A DNA stretch of 64,000 bases from an uncultured Pelagibacteraceae bacterium (GTDB lineage Bacteria > Pseudomonadota > Alphaproteobacteria > Pelagibacterales > Pelagibacteraceae), in contig CACNPC010000003.1 of assembly GCA_902622245.1 (NCBI GenBank), positions 55,491 through 119,490 of the forward strand. Reading direction: 5' to 3'. A program made the position numbers and the translations under genes. Shown piece by piece: positions 8,168-18,706 of this stretch; positions within the stretch are counted from its first letter, which is position 1; each line of letters starts with the position of its first letter. The notes below the pieces were generated by a model that did no database searches, had not been told where the DNA came from, and saw only the letters and a list, made by a program, of their open reading frames with translations.

Positions 8168-10267
8168 TTAACCAGCTATAACTGCCAATAATAATAATGC
8201 TACTATATTAGTAATTTTTATCATCGGGTTAACTGCTGGACCAGCTGTGTCTTTATAAGGATCTCCAACGGTATCACCTGTAACTGCAGCTTTATGTGCC
8301 TCAGATCCTTTTCCACCGAATTTACCGTCCTCAATATATTTTTTTGCATTATCCCAAGCTCCACCACCAGCTGTCATAGAAACTGCAACAAATAATCCAG
8401 TAATAATTACACCCAGCAACATTGCTCCTACTGATGATAATGCAGCAACTTGACCTCCAATTGGCAGTATTATCAAATATAAAACGATTGGTGATAAAAC
8501 AGGCAATAATGATGGGATAACCATTTCTTTAATAGCTGCTTTAGTAAGTAAATCTACAAGTTTACCATAATCGGGTTTAGACTTACGTTTCATAATACCT
8601 GGAATTTTTTTAAATTGCCTTCTAACTTCAATTACAACAGCACCACCTGCTCTACCAACAGCTTGCATTCCCATAGACCCAAAAAGATATGGTAACATTC
8701 CTCCAATTAATAAACCAACTACTACAAATGGATTTGATAAATCAAAAGTAACAACAATACCTTCCAACTTAGATCCTGCTTCTTTTGAGAAATGTTTAAT
8801 ATCCTCAGTATATGCAGCGAACAAAACTAATGCTCCTAATCCAGCTGAACCTATTGCATAACCTTTTGTGACTGCTTTTGTTGTATTTCCAACAGCATCT
8901 AAGGCATCAGTAGTTTTTCTTACATTTTTTGGAAGATTTGACATTTCGGCAATTCCACCAGCATTATCTGTTACGGGACCATATGCATCAAGTGCTACAA
9001 CCATACCAGCCAATGCAAGCATAGTAGTCACTGCAATAGCAATACCAAATAATCCAGCAATAGAATTAGTTAATAAAATACCTGCTACAATTATTATCGC
9101 AGGAATTGCTGTCGCTTCCATTGATATAGCTAAACCTTGAATTACATTAGTACCATGCCCTGTAGTTGATGACTCTGCAACACTTTTAACAGGTCTATAA
9201 TCAGTTCCAGTGTAATATTCAGTTATCCAAATTAACAATCCAGTTATAATTAAACCTATAACACCACAATAATATAAGCTCATACCATTAAAAGAAACTC
9301 CATTTACAGAATAGTTGGTCTCTAATCCAATTACGTAGTCTGTTATGGGATATAGAATAATTAAAGATAAAATAGCTGTAGCAACAAAACCTTTATATAA
9401 TGCATTCATTATATTTTTTGATTTTCCAAGTTTCACAAAAAAAGTACCTACAATAGATGTTAAAATACAAGCTGCACCAATACTTAATGGGTAAACCATC
9501 ATATTTAAATCTGACACAAAAAATATTGATGAAAGAACCATTGTTGCAACAATTGTAACTGCATATGTTTCAAAAAGATCAGCTGCCATACCTGCGCAAT
9601 CTCCTACATTATCACCTACGTTGTCTGCAATAACAGCTGGATTTCTAGGATCATCTTCTGGAATACCTGCCTCTACTTTTCCAACTAAATCTGCACCAAC
9701 ATCAGCTCCTTTTGTAAAAATTCCACCGCCTAATCTTGCAAAAATAGATATTAAAGAAGCACCAAAACCTAAGGCTACTAGTGCATTTACAATTTCTCTT
9801 TCATCGACACCGGCTGATAATAAAATATAATAATAAACAGCTATAGCTAATAAAGCTAAACCAGCAACTAGCATTCCTGTGATTGCTCCAGATTTAAACG
9901 CTATTGAAAGACCTTGAGATAAACCTTTTCTCGAAGCTTCTGCTGTACGGACATTTGCTTGAACAGATACTAACATTCCAACGTATCCAGCTATACCAGA
10001 CAATGCAGCACCAATTAAATATCCAATTCCAACTAATAAAGAAAAAGCAAAACTAATGATAACTAAAACTACAACACCAACGATAGCAATTGTTTTGTAT
10101 TGTCTGTTTAAATAAGCTTTTGCCCCTATTTGAATAGCAGAAGCAATTTCTTGCATCTTTGCATTACCCGCGCTTGCATTCAAAATTGAAGATCCTGTTA
10201 CAAATCCATATACAATGGATAATATTCCAGCAAAAATTGTGTATAATAAAATGGTATCAACAGACAT
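8168..10267 (-). CDS. hppA: Membrane proton-translocating pyrophosphatase, K+-independent type
   Basis: [36 protein letters not shown] (Lys determinant), [10 protein letters not shown]. Confidence 0.95.
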   Translation of the reverse strand: MSVDTILLYTIFAGILSIVYGFVTGSSILNASAGNAKMQEIASAIQIGAKAYLNRQYKTIAIVGVVVLVIISFAFSLLVGIGYLIGAALSGIAGYVGMLVSVQANVRTAEASRKGLSQGLSIAFKSGAITGMLVAGLALLAIAVYYYILLSAGVDEREIVNALVALGFGASLISIFARLGGGIFTKGADVGADLVGKVEAGIPEDDPRNPAVIADNVGDNVGDCAGMAADLFETYAVTIVATMVLSSIFFVSDLNMMVYPLSIGAACILTSIVGTFFVKLGKSKNIMNALYKGFVATAILSLIILYPITDYVIGLETNYSVNGVSFNGMSLYYCGVIGLIITGLLIWITEYYTGTDYRPVKSVAESSTTGHGTNVIQGLAISMEATAIPAIIIVAGILLTNSIAGLFGIAIAVTTMLALAGMVVALDAYGPVTDNAGGIAEMSNLPKNVRKTTDALDAVGNTTKAVTKGYAIGSAGLGALVLFAAYTEDIKHFSKEAGSKLEGIVVTFDLSNPFVVVGLLIGGMLPYLFGSMGMQAVGRAGGAVVIEVRRQFKKIPGIMKRKSKPDYGKLVDLLTKAAIKEMVIPSLLPVLSPIVLYLIILPIGGQVAALSSVGAMLLGVIITGLFVAVSMTAGGGAWDNAKKYIEDGKFGGKGSEAHKAAVTGDTVGDPYKDTAGPAVNPMIKITNIVALLLLAVIAG

Positions 10268-10272
10268 ATAAT

Positions 10273-10338
10273 TCCTTAAATAAGTGTTTTAGTTATTTTT
10301 TAAAATGCGGACATTACAAAAAAGATTACAAAAGGCAA
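10273..10338 (-). promoter_or_regulatory. Putative promoter and SD of hppA
   Basis: TTGCCT (10338-10333), 16 nt, TAATGT (10316-10311); TAAGGA SD at 10278-10273. Confidence 0.4.
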
Positions 10339-10349
10339 TATTTAACTTA

Positions 10350-11309
10350 TTAGAATATATGAGAATAACCCTGGTATTTAAGGTATTTTATTGGAATTCT
10401 CCTATTATCTAATAGGTAATTTTTTGATTTAGTATTAATTTGCCCAATAATAGAAATTTTTTGATTCATTTTATTAGATAAAGTTTTTATATATTTTCTC
10501 TTTGACTTAGAAGCTGTAAATAAGATTTGATAGTCATCACCATTGAATAAATAGTCTAATGTTTTTAGTTTTTTGTGTTTAATTATTTGTTTTAGTTGAT
10601 TTGATATCGGGATCTTATCTATATCAATTAAATAACCAAGTTTTTGTTTATTTATTAATTTATTTAGATCAATTACCAGTCCATCTGAGACATCCATAGA
10701 GCAGTTTGCAATTTTCAAAAGATGTAAACTAAATTTTATAGGTAAATTAGGTGAATAATATTTATCAATAAAATATTTTTTTTGATTTGGGTTTAAATTA
10801 ATTTTCTTTTTCAAAGCTTTTAAACCAACGTGACTATCACCTACATTACCAGTTAAATAAATGTCATCTCCAATTTTTGCTTTATTTCTATAAACGATTT
10901 TATTTGAATATCCTAAAGATATAACTGTAAAACTAAGATTTTTTGATGATGTAGTATCGCCACCAGATAATTTTATATTAAATCTATTTTGTTCATTGGA
11001 CAAAGATTTTTTAATTAATGACATATTTTTTTTTGTAAAATGTTTTTTGTTACCTGAGCCAGCTAAAAAGAAATAATTTGGTTTTACTCCTTTAGCATAA
11101 ATGTCCGATATAGATGATCTTATTATTTTTCTTATGACAAGATCTGGTTTACTAAAATTTAAAAAGTGTATACCCTCATTGTAAGTATCAACAGAAATAA
11201 CTAGTTTTTTAGTTTTATCAAAAAAAACATCATCATTTAAATTAAGTGAAGGTGGATTATTTTTAGATAATTTTTTTAAATAGCTATTTATTAAGAATTC
11301 TTCATCCAT
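10350..11309 (-). CDS. thiL: Thiamine-monophosphate kinase
   Basis: DDV, VDTYNEGIHF, SDIYAKG, GGDT, MDVSDGL, GDDYQILFT. Confidence 0.92.
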   Translation of the reverse strand: MDEEFLINSYLKKLSKNNPPSLNLNDDVFFDKTKKLVISVDTYNEGIHFLNFSKPDLVIRKIIRSSISDIYAKGVKPNYFFLAGSGNKKHFTKKNMSLIKKSLSNEQNRFNIKLSGGDTTSSKNLSFTVISLGYSNKIVYRNKAKIGDDIYLTGNVGDSHVGLKALKKKINLNPNQKKYFIDKYYSPNLPIKFSLHLLKIANCSMDVSDGLVIDLNKLINKQKLGYLIDIDKIPISNQLKQIIKHKKLKTLDYLFNGDDYQILFTASKSKRKYIKTLSNKMNQKISIIGQINTKSKNYLLDNRRIPIKYLKYQGYSHIF

Positions 11310-11704
11310 CAGTTTCTTAATTTCTTTGAAATTTTATCAAGCAAAGCATTCAAATATTTTGTTTGTGATAGATCAATAAAGAAATTAGAGGCATTAAGGT
11401 ATTCTTTAATAATTATTTTTGAAGATATTTTTGGTTTATACATTAATTCAAATATTGCACTTTTAATTATTACTTGAAAAACTTTGTCTAGGTTTGATAT
11501 TTTTAAATCTTCATTTAAATGATTTGTAATTTCTTCATGAATTAAATCATCTCTTTCAATTGTTCCATTGACTACATCTTTTATAAATTTTTTGAAACGA
11601 TGTTTTGGAAAATTTAACTCTACTTCATTGTTATAATATTTGCTATAAAGCTTCTGTATTATAATAACTCTTGGGTTATTTTTTTTACTAAAATGAAGTG
11701 GCAT
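11309..11704 (-). CDS. nusB: Transcription antitermination factor NusB
   Basis: R...IQ.LY, IIIKEY, YLNALLDKI; synteny ribH-nusB-thiL. Confidence 0.88.
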   Translation of the reverse strand: MPLHFSKKNNPRVIIIQKLYSKYYNNEVELNFPKHRFKKFIKDVVNGTIERDDLIHEEITNHLNEDLKISNLDKVFQVIIKSAIFELMYKPKISSKIIIKEYLNASNFFIDLSQTKYLNALLDKISKKLRN

Positions 11705-11705
11705 T

Positions 11706-12092
11706 CTATAATGATAATATTGTTTTTACTGCGTTGGCTGCCTCTCTACCCTTTTTGCCACGTGCTATAGCTTGGTTTTTATTTAAACAAGTAATTATTC
11801 CATTGCCAACAGGTTTTTTTGAGACAACAGATATATTCATAATTGCATCAGTAGTTGATTTAGATATAAAATCAAAATGAGGTGTTTGACCTTTAATTAC
11901 ACATCCAAGTGCTACAAAACCATCATATTTTTTCAAATTTTTTGAAATAACTACAGGTATCTCAAATACACCTGGAACAGAGACTATATTGATCTTTGCA
12001 AAATTCTTTAATTCATTCTTAGCACTTTTAAGAAGAGCAGTTGAAATATCTTTATAGTAGTTTGCTTGTATAATTAATACTTTATTTTTCAT
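11706..12092 (-). CDS. ribH: Lumazine synthase
   Basis: VPGVFEIP, ALGCVIKGQTPHFDFIS, PVGNGI. Confidence 0.95.
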   Translation of the reverse strand: MKNKVLIIQANYYKDISTALLKSAKNELKNFAKINIVSVPGVFEIPVVISKNLKKYDGFVALGCVIKGQTPHFDFISKSTTDAIMNISVVSKKPVGNGIITCLNKNQAIARGKKGREAANAVKTILSL

Positions 12093-13192
12093 TTTATTAT
12101 TTCTTGTTTAATAATCTTGATACCATAACCATCCAACCCAACAACCTTTTTTAGAGTTCTAGTAACTAGTATCATTTTCTTTATTTTTAAAGATTTAATT
12201 ATTTGAGCTCCAATACCATAACTTTTTATTAATTGATCTTTTTCTTTGGTTTTAGACTTTTTATCTTTAAATTCTTTAAGTGTTTGAGTAACAGATTTTA
12301 AATTTGGATCTCTAATAAAAATCATAACACAATTACTGTATTTTTTAAAATATTTTAAAGTTTTTTCAAATGAGTTAGGAAGTTTTTGATTAATTAGATA
12401 ATTTTGAACTACATTAGAAGAGATAACTCTAACTCTTGGTAATTTACTTTTATTAACTTTGCCCTTAACTAATGCAAAATGTTCAGAACCATCAATAGAG
12501 TTCTCAAAAACATAAATTTTAAATTTTTGATAATTTAAATTAATTGTGGATGTTTTTTTTAATTTAATAAGATTTTCTTTTCTTAATCTGTATGAAATTA
12601 AGTCTTCAATTTTTGCAATATGAAGTTTATATTTACTTGCAAATTTTAATAAGTCATCACCTTTTGCCATAGAACCATCTTCGTTCATAATCTCACATAT
12701 TACAGCCGCTGGAATTTTGTTGCCAAGTCTAGCTATGTCGACAGAAGCTTCTGTATGACCGGCTCTAACTAGCACCCCTCCTTCTCGAGAAATAATTGGA
12801 AATACGTGACCGGGAGAAACTATTTCTTTTTTTAATACATTTTTTTTTGTAGCAACTTTTATTGTTCGTGATCGGTCTTTAGCAGAAATTCCTGTAGTTA
12901 TACCCTTCTTGGCCTCTATTGAAATGGTAAATGCTGTTTGATTTCTTGATTGATTAACAGGAGCCATAAAAGTTAGCCCAAGTTTATTTGCTTGATTTTT
13001 ATTTAGCGTTAGACAAATTAAACCTCTGCCGTTTTTTGCCATAAAGTTAATTTTTTTAGAATTAACGTCACTGGCATTAAATACTAAATCGCCTTCATTT
13101 TCTCGATTTTCATCGTCAACAAGAATATACATTCCTCCTCTTTTTGAGATGGAAATAATTTTTTCTATTGAGCTAAATTTATTTTTTATCAT
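12089..13192 (-). CDS. ribB: DHBP synthase fused to a degenerate GTP cyclohydrolase II domain (RibBX-like)
   Basis: DDENRENEGD, GLICL, PGHVFP, RAGHTEA, CEIMNEDG; C-terminal domain lacks the Zn-binding cysteines. Confidence 0.92.
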   Translation of the reverse strand: MIKNKFSSIEKIISISKRGGMYILVDDENRENEGDLVFNASDVNSKKINFMAKNGRGLICLTLNKNQANKLGLTFMAPVNQSRNQTAFTISIEAKKGITTGISAKDRSRTIKVATKKNVLKKEIVSPGHVFPIISREGGVLVRAGHTEASVDIARLGNKIPAAVICEIMNEDGSMAKGDDLLKFASKYKLHIAKIEDLISYRLRKENLIKLKKTSTINLNYQKFKIYVFENSIDGSEHFALVKGKVNKSKLPRVRVISSNVVQNYLINQKLPNSFEKTLKYFKKYSNCVMIFIRDPNLKSVTQTLKEFKDKKSKTKEKDQLIKSYGIGAQIIKSLKIKKMILVTRTLKKVVGLDGYGIKIIKQEIIK

Positions 13193-13772
13193 TAATAAAT
13201 TTTTTTACATATTTAGACAAAATATCTATTTCAATATTAACTAAATCATTTTTTTTAATGTTTGCTAAATTTGTAAGTTTTAATGTATGTGGAATAACCC
13301 AAATTTCAAATTTATTTTTCTTTATCTTGGCTATAGTTAAAGACACACCATTTATCAAGATTGATGCTTTCTCAACTAAATATTTATAGAATTTTTTATT
13401 AATACTGAATTCGTAAATTATAGATTTATCTACATTTGTTAAATTTGTGACTTTACTTACTGTATCAACATGACCTTGACAGATGTGTCCTGAAATATTT
13501 TGTCCATACTTTAAAGGTAATTCTAAATTAACATAATCGCCAACATTAGATTTCTTAAATTTTGATTTTCTAATAGTTTCATTTGATAAATAAAATTCAG
13601 ATATACCTCTTTTATATGATATTAATGTTAGGCAGACACCATCACAGGAAATAGATATACCTAATTGTCTATTAGTTAATTTTAACTTTGATTTGATAAA
13701 AATATTTATTCCTTTGGCTCTTTTGGTAATATTTGTAATTTTACCTTTATTAAAAATTATTCCATTAAACAT
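13179..13772 (-). CDS. ribE: Riboflavin synthase (alpha chain)
   Basis: MFNGII, SISCDGVCLT, SGHICQGHVD, INGVSLT, VNIEID (called ribC in E. coli). Confidence 0.94.
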   Translation of the reverse strand: MFNGIIFNKGKITNITKRAKGINIFIKSKLKLTNRQLGISISCDGVCLTLISYKRGISEFYLSNETIRKSKFKKSNVGDYVNLELPLKYGQNISGHICQGHVDTVSKVTNLTNVDKSIIYEFSINKKFYKYLVEKASILINGVSLTIAKIKKNKFEIWVIPHTLKLTNLANIKKNDLVNIEIDILSKYVKKFINDKK

Positions 13773-14867
13773 TTACTGATACCTAAAAAGTTTTTCTTTA
13801 TCCAAAAAAGTATTAATTTTCGATCTTTTTTTAAATTTTTTAGATAATAAATCAATAAAAGAATTTAAAGAAATTGAATTTTTTAAATTAATTTTATTAT
13901 CAGCTTTGAATAAATAGAAATCATTTATTAAATTATTGTTTAAAAAAGATTTTAAAAGATTTGGACCTGATTCAACTAATAAATTTGCATAACCTAGGGA
14001 GTATATTTTTTTTAAAATTGTAATTAAATCAAAACTATTATTTTTTAGGTTCATAAAAATGAGTTTTGCATTTTTATTTTTAAATTTGTTAATAATATTT
14101 TTATTTTTTTTATTATGAAAAATATAAGTTTTATTTGAGTTAGTTTTTAATACATTTGAATTTGTTTTAGTCTTTAAATCTTTATCAATAATAAATTTTA
14201 CTGGTGAAAACTTTTCTAAACCTTGAATTCTACAATTCAAAATAGGATTGTCAGAGTTAATTGTTTTATAAGATGTTAAAATTGCTTGATTTCTATATCT
14301 TAATAGATGAGATACTTTATGAGAATGTTCATTTGTAATTTTTTTTTTAAATAAATAAATTCTATTATTTTTAGAAACAGCTAATTTTCCAGTAACATAA
14401 GGAATATTATTAAATTTTGAGAATTTATAATCTTTGTAAAATCGATTTACTTCTTTTTTAATCAAACCAATTTTAGATGAAATATTATTTTTTTTTAAAA
14501 CATTTTTTGTTTTTTTTGCTGTTCGTTTATCAAAATCTTCGATCGAATAATTAACTAATTTAATTTTATTTTTTATAATAATGTTTGTACAAGGTGGTGT
14601 TTTTCCATAATGGATACAGGGTTCTAATGTTACATACATATTTGAATTTTTGAAATTTATTTTATTATTTTTTAAAGCTGCTACTTCAGCATGAGGTCTG
14701 CCATTAATATCTGTCTTTCCGTAAGAAATAATTTCATCTTTATGTGTTACTACACATCCAACCGAAGGATTTAGTCCTGTTAGTCCTTTATTTTGATTAG
14801 CAAGTTCTAGTGCCAATCTCATGAATGCTTTATTTTTTTCTGATGATTTATCTTTTTTTAAAGACAT
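13773..14867 (-). CDS. ribD: Bifunctional riboflavin deaminase/reductase
   Basis: NPSVGCV, HAE, TLEPC..YGKTPPC; ATG 14867 preferred over the track start 14930. Confidence 0.93.
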   Translation of the reverse strand: MSLKKDKSSEKNKAFMRLALELANQNKGLTGLNPSVGCVVTHKDEIISYGKTDINGRPHAEVAALKNNKINFKNSNMYVTLEPCIHYGKTPPCTNIIIKNKIKLVNYSIEDFDKRTAKKTKNVLKKNNISSKIGLIKKEVNRFYKDYKFSKFNNIPYVTGKLAVSKNNRIYLFKKKITNEHSHKVSHLLRYRNQAILTSYKTINSDNPILNCRIQGLEKFSPVKFIIDKDLKTKTNSNVLKTNSNKTYIFHNKKNKNIINKFKNKNAKLIFMNLKNNSFDLITILKKIYSLGYANLLVESGPNLLKSFLNNNLINDFYLFKADNKINLKNSISLNSFIDLLSKKFKKRSKINTFLDKEKLFRYQ

Positions 14868-15306
14868 CGATTTTATCAACAAATTGAACGAAGTCTTTTT
14901 CTTCTCTAAAATTTCTATATACTGATGCAAATCTTACATAAGCAACTGGGTCCAATTCTTTTAATCCGTCCATTACCATTGTGCCTATTGTGTTCGAAGA
15001 AATTTCACTTTGACCAAATTCTTCTAATGATCGAGAAATTTTAGAAATAAATTTTTCTACTGTTTCAGTATCAAGAGGTCTTTTTTTTAGAGCTACATAA
15101 ATGGATTTAGACAATTTATCTCTATCAAATGGTGATTTTCTTCCATTTTTTTTAACAATAGTTAGCTCACGAAATTGAACTCTTTCAAATGTAGTAAATC
15201 TTTGTCCACAGCTACAAAGCCTCCTTCTTCTTATAGCTGTTCCATCTTCAGTAGGTCTAGAATCTACAACTGAAGTTTCACCTTTTTTATCACAGGGACA
15301 AATCAT
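14848..15306 (-). CDS. nrdR: Transcriptional repressor NrdR
   Basis: VVDSR...IRRRR.C..RFTTFER, ATP cone, [13 protein letters not shown]. Confidence 0.95.
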   Translation of the reverse strand: MICPCDKKGETSVVDSRPTEDGTAIRRRRLCSCGQRFTTFERVQFRELTIVKKNGRKSPFDRDKLSKSIYVALKKRPLDTETVEKFISKISRSLEEFGQSEISSNTIGTMVMDGLKELDPVAYVRFASVYRNFREEKDFVQFVDKIDVFKKR

Positions 15307-15312
15307 AATTCA

Positions 15313-16623
15313 TTATCCCAAATTTTTATAAATTGGGAAATTTGAACATAAATCAACAACTTCTTTTCTTACTTCGTCTTCTATTTTAGTATTATCATCA
15401 GGGTTGGATGACAAACCTTTAATTACTTTAGTAATTAACTCACCAACTATTTTAAATTCATTTAAACCAAATCCTCGAGTAGTTGCTGCCTGAGAACCTA
15501 GTCTTATGCCTGACGTTACCATTGGACTTTCTGTATCAAATGGAATTCCATTTTTATTACACGTTATATTAGCGCGTGATAAACTTTCAGCTGCAGCATT
15601 GCCTTTAACACCAAAAGGTCTTAAATCTACCAACATTAAATGAGTATCAGTTCCTCCAGAATAAATCTTAAATCCATTTGACTTTAATGTCTCAGCAAGA
15701 ATTTTTGCATTAGCTAAAACATTAGATATATATTCTTTGAAGGAAGGTTCTAATGCCTCTTTAAATCCAACTGCTTTTGCTGCTATTATATGCATCAGAG
15801 GGCCACCCTGATAACCAGGAAATACAGCAGTATTAATTTTTTTATAAATATCTTCGTGATTTGTTAAAATAATTCCACCTCTGGCACTTCTAAAAACTTT
15901 ATGAGTTGTAGATGTAACGACATGAGCATGATCAACAGGATTTGGATAACCTTTACCAGCAACAAGACCTGAAAAGTGAGCCATATCTACCATAAAGAAT
16001 GCTCCAACTTTATCAGCAATTTCTCTAAACTTTTTAAAATCAATCACCCTAGAATATGCACTCCCTCCAGCAATAATAAGTTTAGGTTTATTTTCAATTG
16101 CTAATCTTTCAACTTCATCATAATCGATTAATTCAGATGTTTTGTCCACATCGTAGCTTATTGCATTAAACCATTTGCCTGACATTGCAATTTTAAGACC
16201 ATGAGTAATATGGCCACCAGAATTTAAACTCATTCCCATAAATGTATCACCTGGCTTTAATAGTGCTAAAAACACTGCTCCGTTAGCTTGCGCACCTGAG
16301 TGAGGTTGTGAATTCGCAAATTTACAATTAAAGAGTTTTTTTAATCTATCGTTAGCAAGTGACTCAGCAACATCAACATGTTCGCAACCGTTATAATATC
16401 TTTTACCTGGGTAACCTTCTGCATACTTATTTGTTAGTACTGAACCTTGTGCCTCTAAAACAGCTTGTGAAACAATGTTTTCTGATGCTATTAATTCGAT
16501 ATGATTTTGTTGTCTGATTAATTCTTTATTTACTGCATCAAATATTTCTGGATCAGCTTCAGACAATTTTTTTTCAAAAAAGTTTTCATATTGAGTATTT
16601 AAATATTTTTTTTCACTAGACAT
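15313..16623 (-). CDS. glyA: Serine hydroxymethyltransferase
   Basis: [34 protein letters not shown]. Confidence 0.98.
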   Translation of the reverse strand: MSSEKKYLNTQYENFFEKKLSEADPEIFDAVNKELIRQQNHIELIASENIVSQAVLEAQGSVLTNKYAEGYPGKRYYNGCEHVDVAESLANDRLKKLFNCKFANSQPHSGAQANGAVFLALLKPGDTFMGMSLNSGGHITHGLKIAMSGKWFNAISYDVDKTSELIDYDEVERLAIENKPKLIIAGGSAYSRVIDFKKFREIADKVGAFFMVDMAHFSGLVAGKGYPNPVDHAHVVTSTTHKVFRSARGGIILTNHEDIYKKINTAVFPGYQGGPLMHIIAAKAVGFKEALEPSFKEYISNVLANAKILAETLKSNGFKIYSGGTDTHLMLVDLRPFGVKGNAAAESLSRANITCNKNGIPFDTESPMVTSGIRLGSQAATTRGFGLNEFKIVGELITKVIKGLSSNPDDNTKIEDEVRKEVVDLCSNFPIYKNLG

Positions 16624-16631
16624 TTATTTAC

Positions 16632-17057
16632 CTATATTTTTTTAATTCTTTTTATATGTCTACCGCCTTCAAACTCAGTTTTTAGAAAGCTTTCAACACA
16701 TTTTAAGGCAACTGTTTTTTTAATAAGCCTTTCTCCTAATGTTATAACATTTGCATCATTATGCAATCGCGATAATTTGGCATTTTTTAATGAATAGCAT
16801 AAAGCTGCACGTATTCCCTTATTTTTGTTTGCAGCAATAGACATTCCTACTCCTGAACCACAAACAAGTATTCCTACATGATTCTTATTTTTCGCCACTT
16901 GTTTACAAAGTTTATGAGCAAAATCAGGGTAATCAACGGACTTCTTATTTTGTTTTGGTCCTAAATCTTTTATAGAATAATTTTTATTCAAATATTTAAA
17001 AATATTCATCTTTAAATTAAAACCACCATGATCTGAAGCAATAAAAATTTTTTTCAA
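16632..17057 (-). CDS. rpiB: Ribose-5-phosphate isomerase B
   Basis: ASDHGG, DYPD, CGSGVGMSIAANK, HNDAN, FEGGRH. Confidence 0.95.
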   Translation of the reverse strand: MKKIFIASDHGGFNLKMNIFKYLNKNYSIKDLGPKQNKKSVDYPDFAHKLCKQVAKNKNHVGILVCGSGVGMSIAANKNKGIRAALCYSLKNAKLSRLHNDANVITLGERLIKKTVALKCVESFLKTEFEGGRHIKRIKKI

Positions 17058-17058
17058 T

Positions 17059-17649
17059 TTAATTAAATTTATAATTTAAAACACAAGCAACAAGGTGAAC
17101 TCTATTTTCTTCACCGCCATTAAATGCATTGTGATATTTAGTATTATTAGTAATCCATACAGAGCCATCTGCTGGCATATGTTTTGCAACATTATCAACG
17201 ACCATTATTGCTCCAGGATTTGTGTATATAGGTATATGAAGCCTTGGCTCAGGATCTCTATGCCAACTCAATGTTGATCTTGGCTCTTTAAGAAGAAGTC
17301 TCATCCTGCCTAATTTATACTTTTTTGTTAATTGATCATAAACTTCTTTGAAATAAGTATTTTTAAAGTCGTCAACAAATTCTGTATATTTATGTTCATC
17401 AATTTTACTTTCCCTCTGTACCTCAACACCTGTACTATCTGGTTTAGTCCAATAAATGCCTCTTACATTACTTCCTTTAACAGAATCTGGATCACCTGGA
17501 ATTTGATTTAGAGGTATACCGGCGAAGTGAGGTATTCCAAGACTTGTATCAAAACCTTTTATTTTTAATACTTCATCACAAGCTTGTTTTAATTTTATGA
17601 TATCAAATTTAACATCTTGTTTTTGGAAATCATTGAATAATTGTGACAT
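17059..17649 (-). CDS. Aspartyl/asparaginyl beta-hydroxylase-like Fe(II)/2-oxoglutarate dioxygenase
   Basis: LSWHRD...RLHIPI...YHNAFN...NRVHLV: HxD...H triad plus a 2OG-binding Arg, as in PF05118-type cupins. Confidence 0.72.
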   Translation of the reverse strand: MSQLFNDFQKQDVKFDIIKLKQACDEVLKIKGFDTSLGIPHFAGIPLNQIPGDPDSVKGSNVRGIYWTKPDSTGVEVQRESKIDEHKYTEFVDDFKNTYFKEVYDQLTKKYKLGRMRLLLKEPRSTLSWHRDPEPRLHIPIYTNPGAIMVVDNVAKHMPADGSVWITNNTKYHNAFNGGEENRVHLVACVLNYKFN

Positions 17650-17719
17650 CGGTGCTCTACTATCTTATAGACTATTATATTAAATATTACTATTGTCGCA
17701 TCAAAAAAATTAATTGATA

Positions 17720-18706
17720 ATGATTATCACAGGTAGCTATCCTAATTTAAGATTAAGAAGATCAAGAAAATTCAGTTGGTCTAGAAGATTAGTTCAAGAT
17801 AATGATCTATCTTACAATGATTTTATTTTACCTATCTTTCTTACTGAAGGAAAAGCAAAAAAAGTTCCCATTAATTCAATGCCAAATGTTTTTAGGTACT
17901 CTATTGATAAATTAAAAAGTGTAGTTGATAAAGCACTAAGATTGGGAATACCAATGGTAGCTTTATTCCCTCATACAAATCCAAAAAAAAAAGATGAATA
18001 TGGAAACGAAGCATTAAATGAAAATAATTTAGTTTGCCAAGCAATAAAATTCATCAAAAAAAATTATAAAAACGAAATTGGAATAATGTGTGATGTTGCA
18101 TTAGATCCATATACATCACATGGTCATGATGGAATAATTAGAAAAAATGAAATTTTAAATGATGAAACATTAGAAATCTTAATTAAACAATCAATATTGC
18201 AGGCAAAAATGGGTTGCGATGTAATTGCCCCATCAGATATGATGGATGGTAGAGTTTTAAAAATTCGTAAAGCTTTAGATAAAAATAATCTTAAAGATGT
18301 TCAAATTCTATCTTATGCAGTTAAATATGCATCAAGTTTTTATGGCCCATTCAGAAATGCCGTTGGTTCAAAAAGTCTCTTAAAAGGAGACAAAAAAACT
18401 TATCAAATGGATTTTAAAAATAATTATGAATCTTTAAGAGAGGTAGCATTAGATATTAAAGAAGGAGCAGATATGATTATAGTAAAACCAGGAATGCCAT
18501 ATCTTGATATAATTAGGGAAGTTAAAAACAATTTTAAAATTCCAGTTATAGCGTATCAAGTATCAGGAGAATATAGTCTAATACAAAATGCAATTAAAAA
18601 AAAAATATTAGATAAAAAATCAATATATGAGAGCCTTGCTTCTTTTAAAAGAGCTGGTGCAAATGCAATTATAACATATTTTGCTGATCAAATAAAACTA
18701 GATTAA
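17720..18706 (+). CDS. hemB: Porphobilinogen synthase, Zn-independent type
   Basis: RLRR, CDVALDPYTSHGHDG, PSDMMDGR, KYASSFYGPFR, VKPG; ATG 17720 preferred over TTG 17714. Confidence 0.97.
   Translation: MIITGSYPNLRLRRSRKFSWSRRLVQDNDLSYNDFILPIFLTEGKAKKVPINSMPNVFRYSIDKLKSVVDKALRLGIPMVALFPHTNPKKKDEYGNEALNENNLVCQAIKFIKKNYKNEIGIMCDVALDPYTSHGHDGIIRKNEILNDETLEILIKQSILQAKMGCDVIAPSDMMDGRVLKIRKALDKNNLKDVQILSYAVKYASSFYGPFRNAVGSKSLLKGDKKTYQMDFKNNYESLREVALDIKEGADMIIVKPGMPYLDIIREVKNNFKIPVIAYQVSGEYSLIQNAIKKKILDKKSIYESLASFKRAGANAIITYFADQIKLD

Noticed and set aside
13773-14930. Long N-terminal extensions and overlaps implied by ORF-track starts (ribD 14930, folK 24769, gatC 39608, Cbp3-like 7751, pyrB 40078, rluC 51883)
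   Set aside because: Longest-ORF artefacts; downstream starts match family N-termini better
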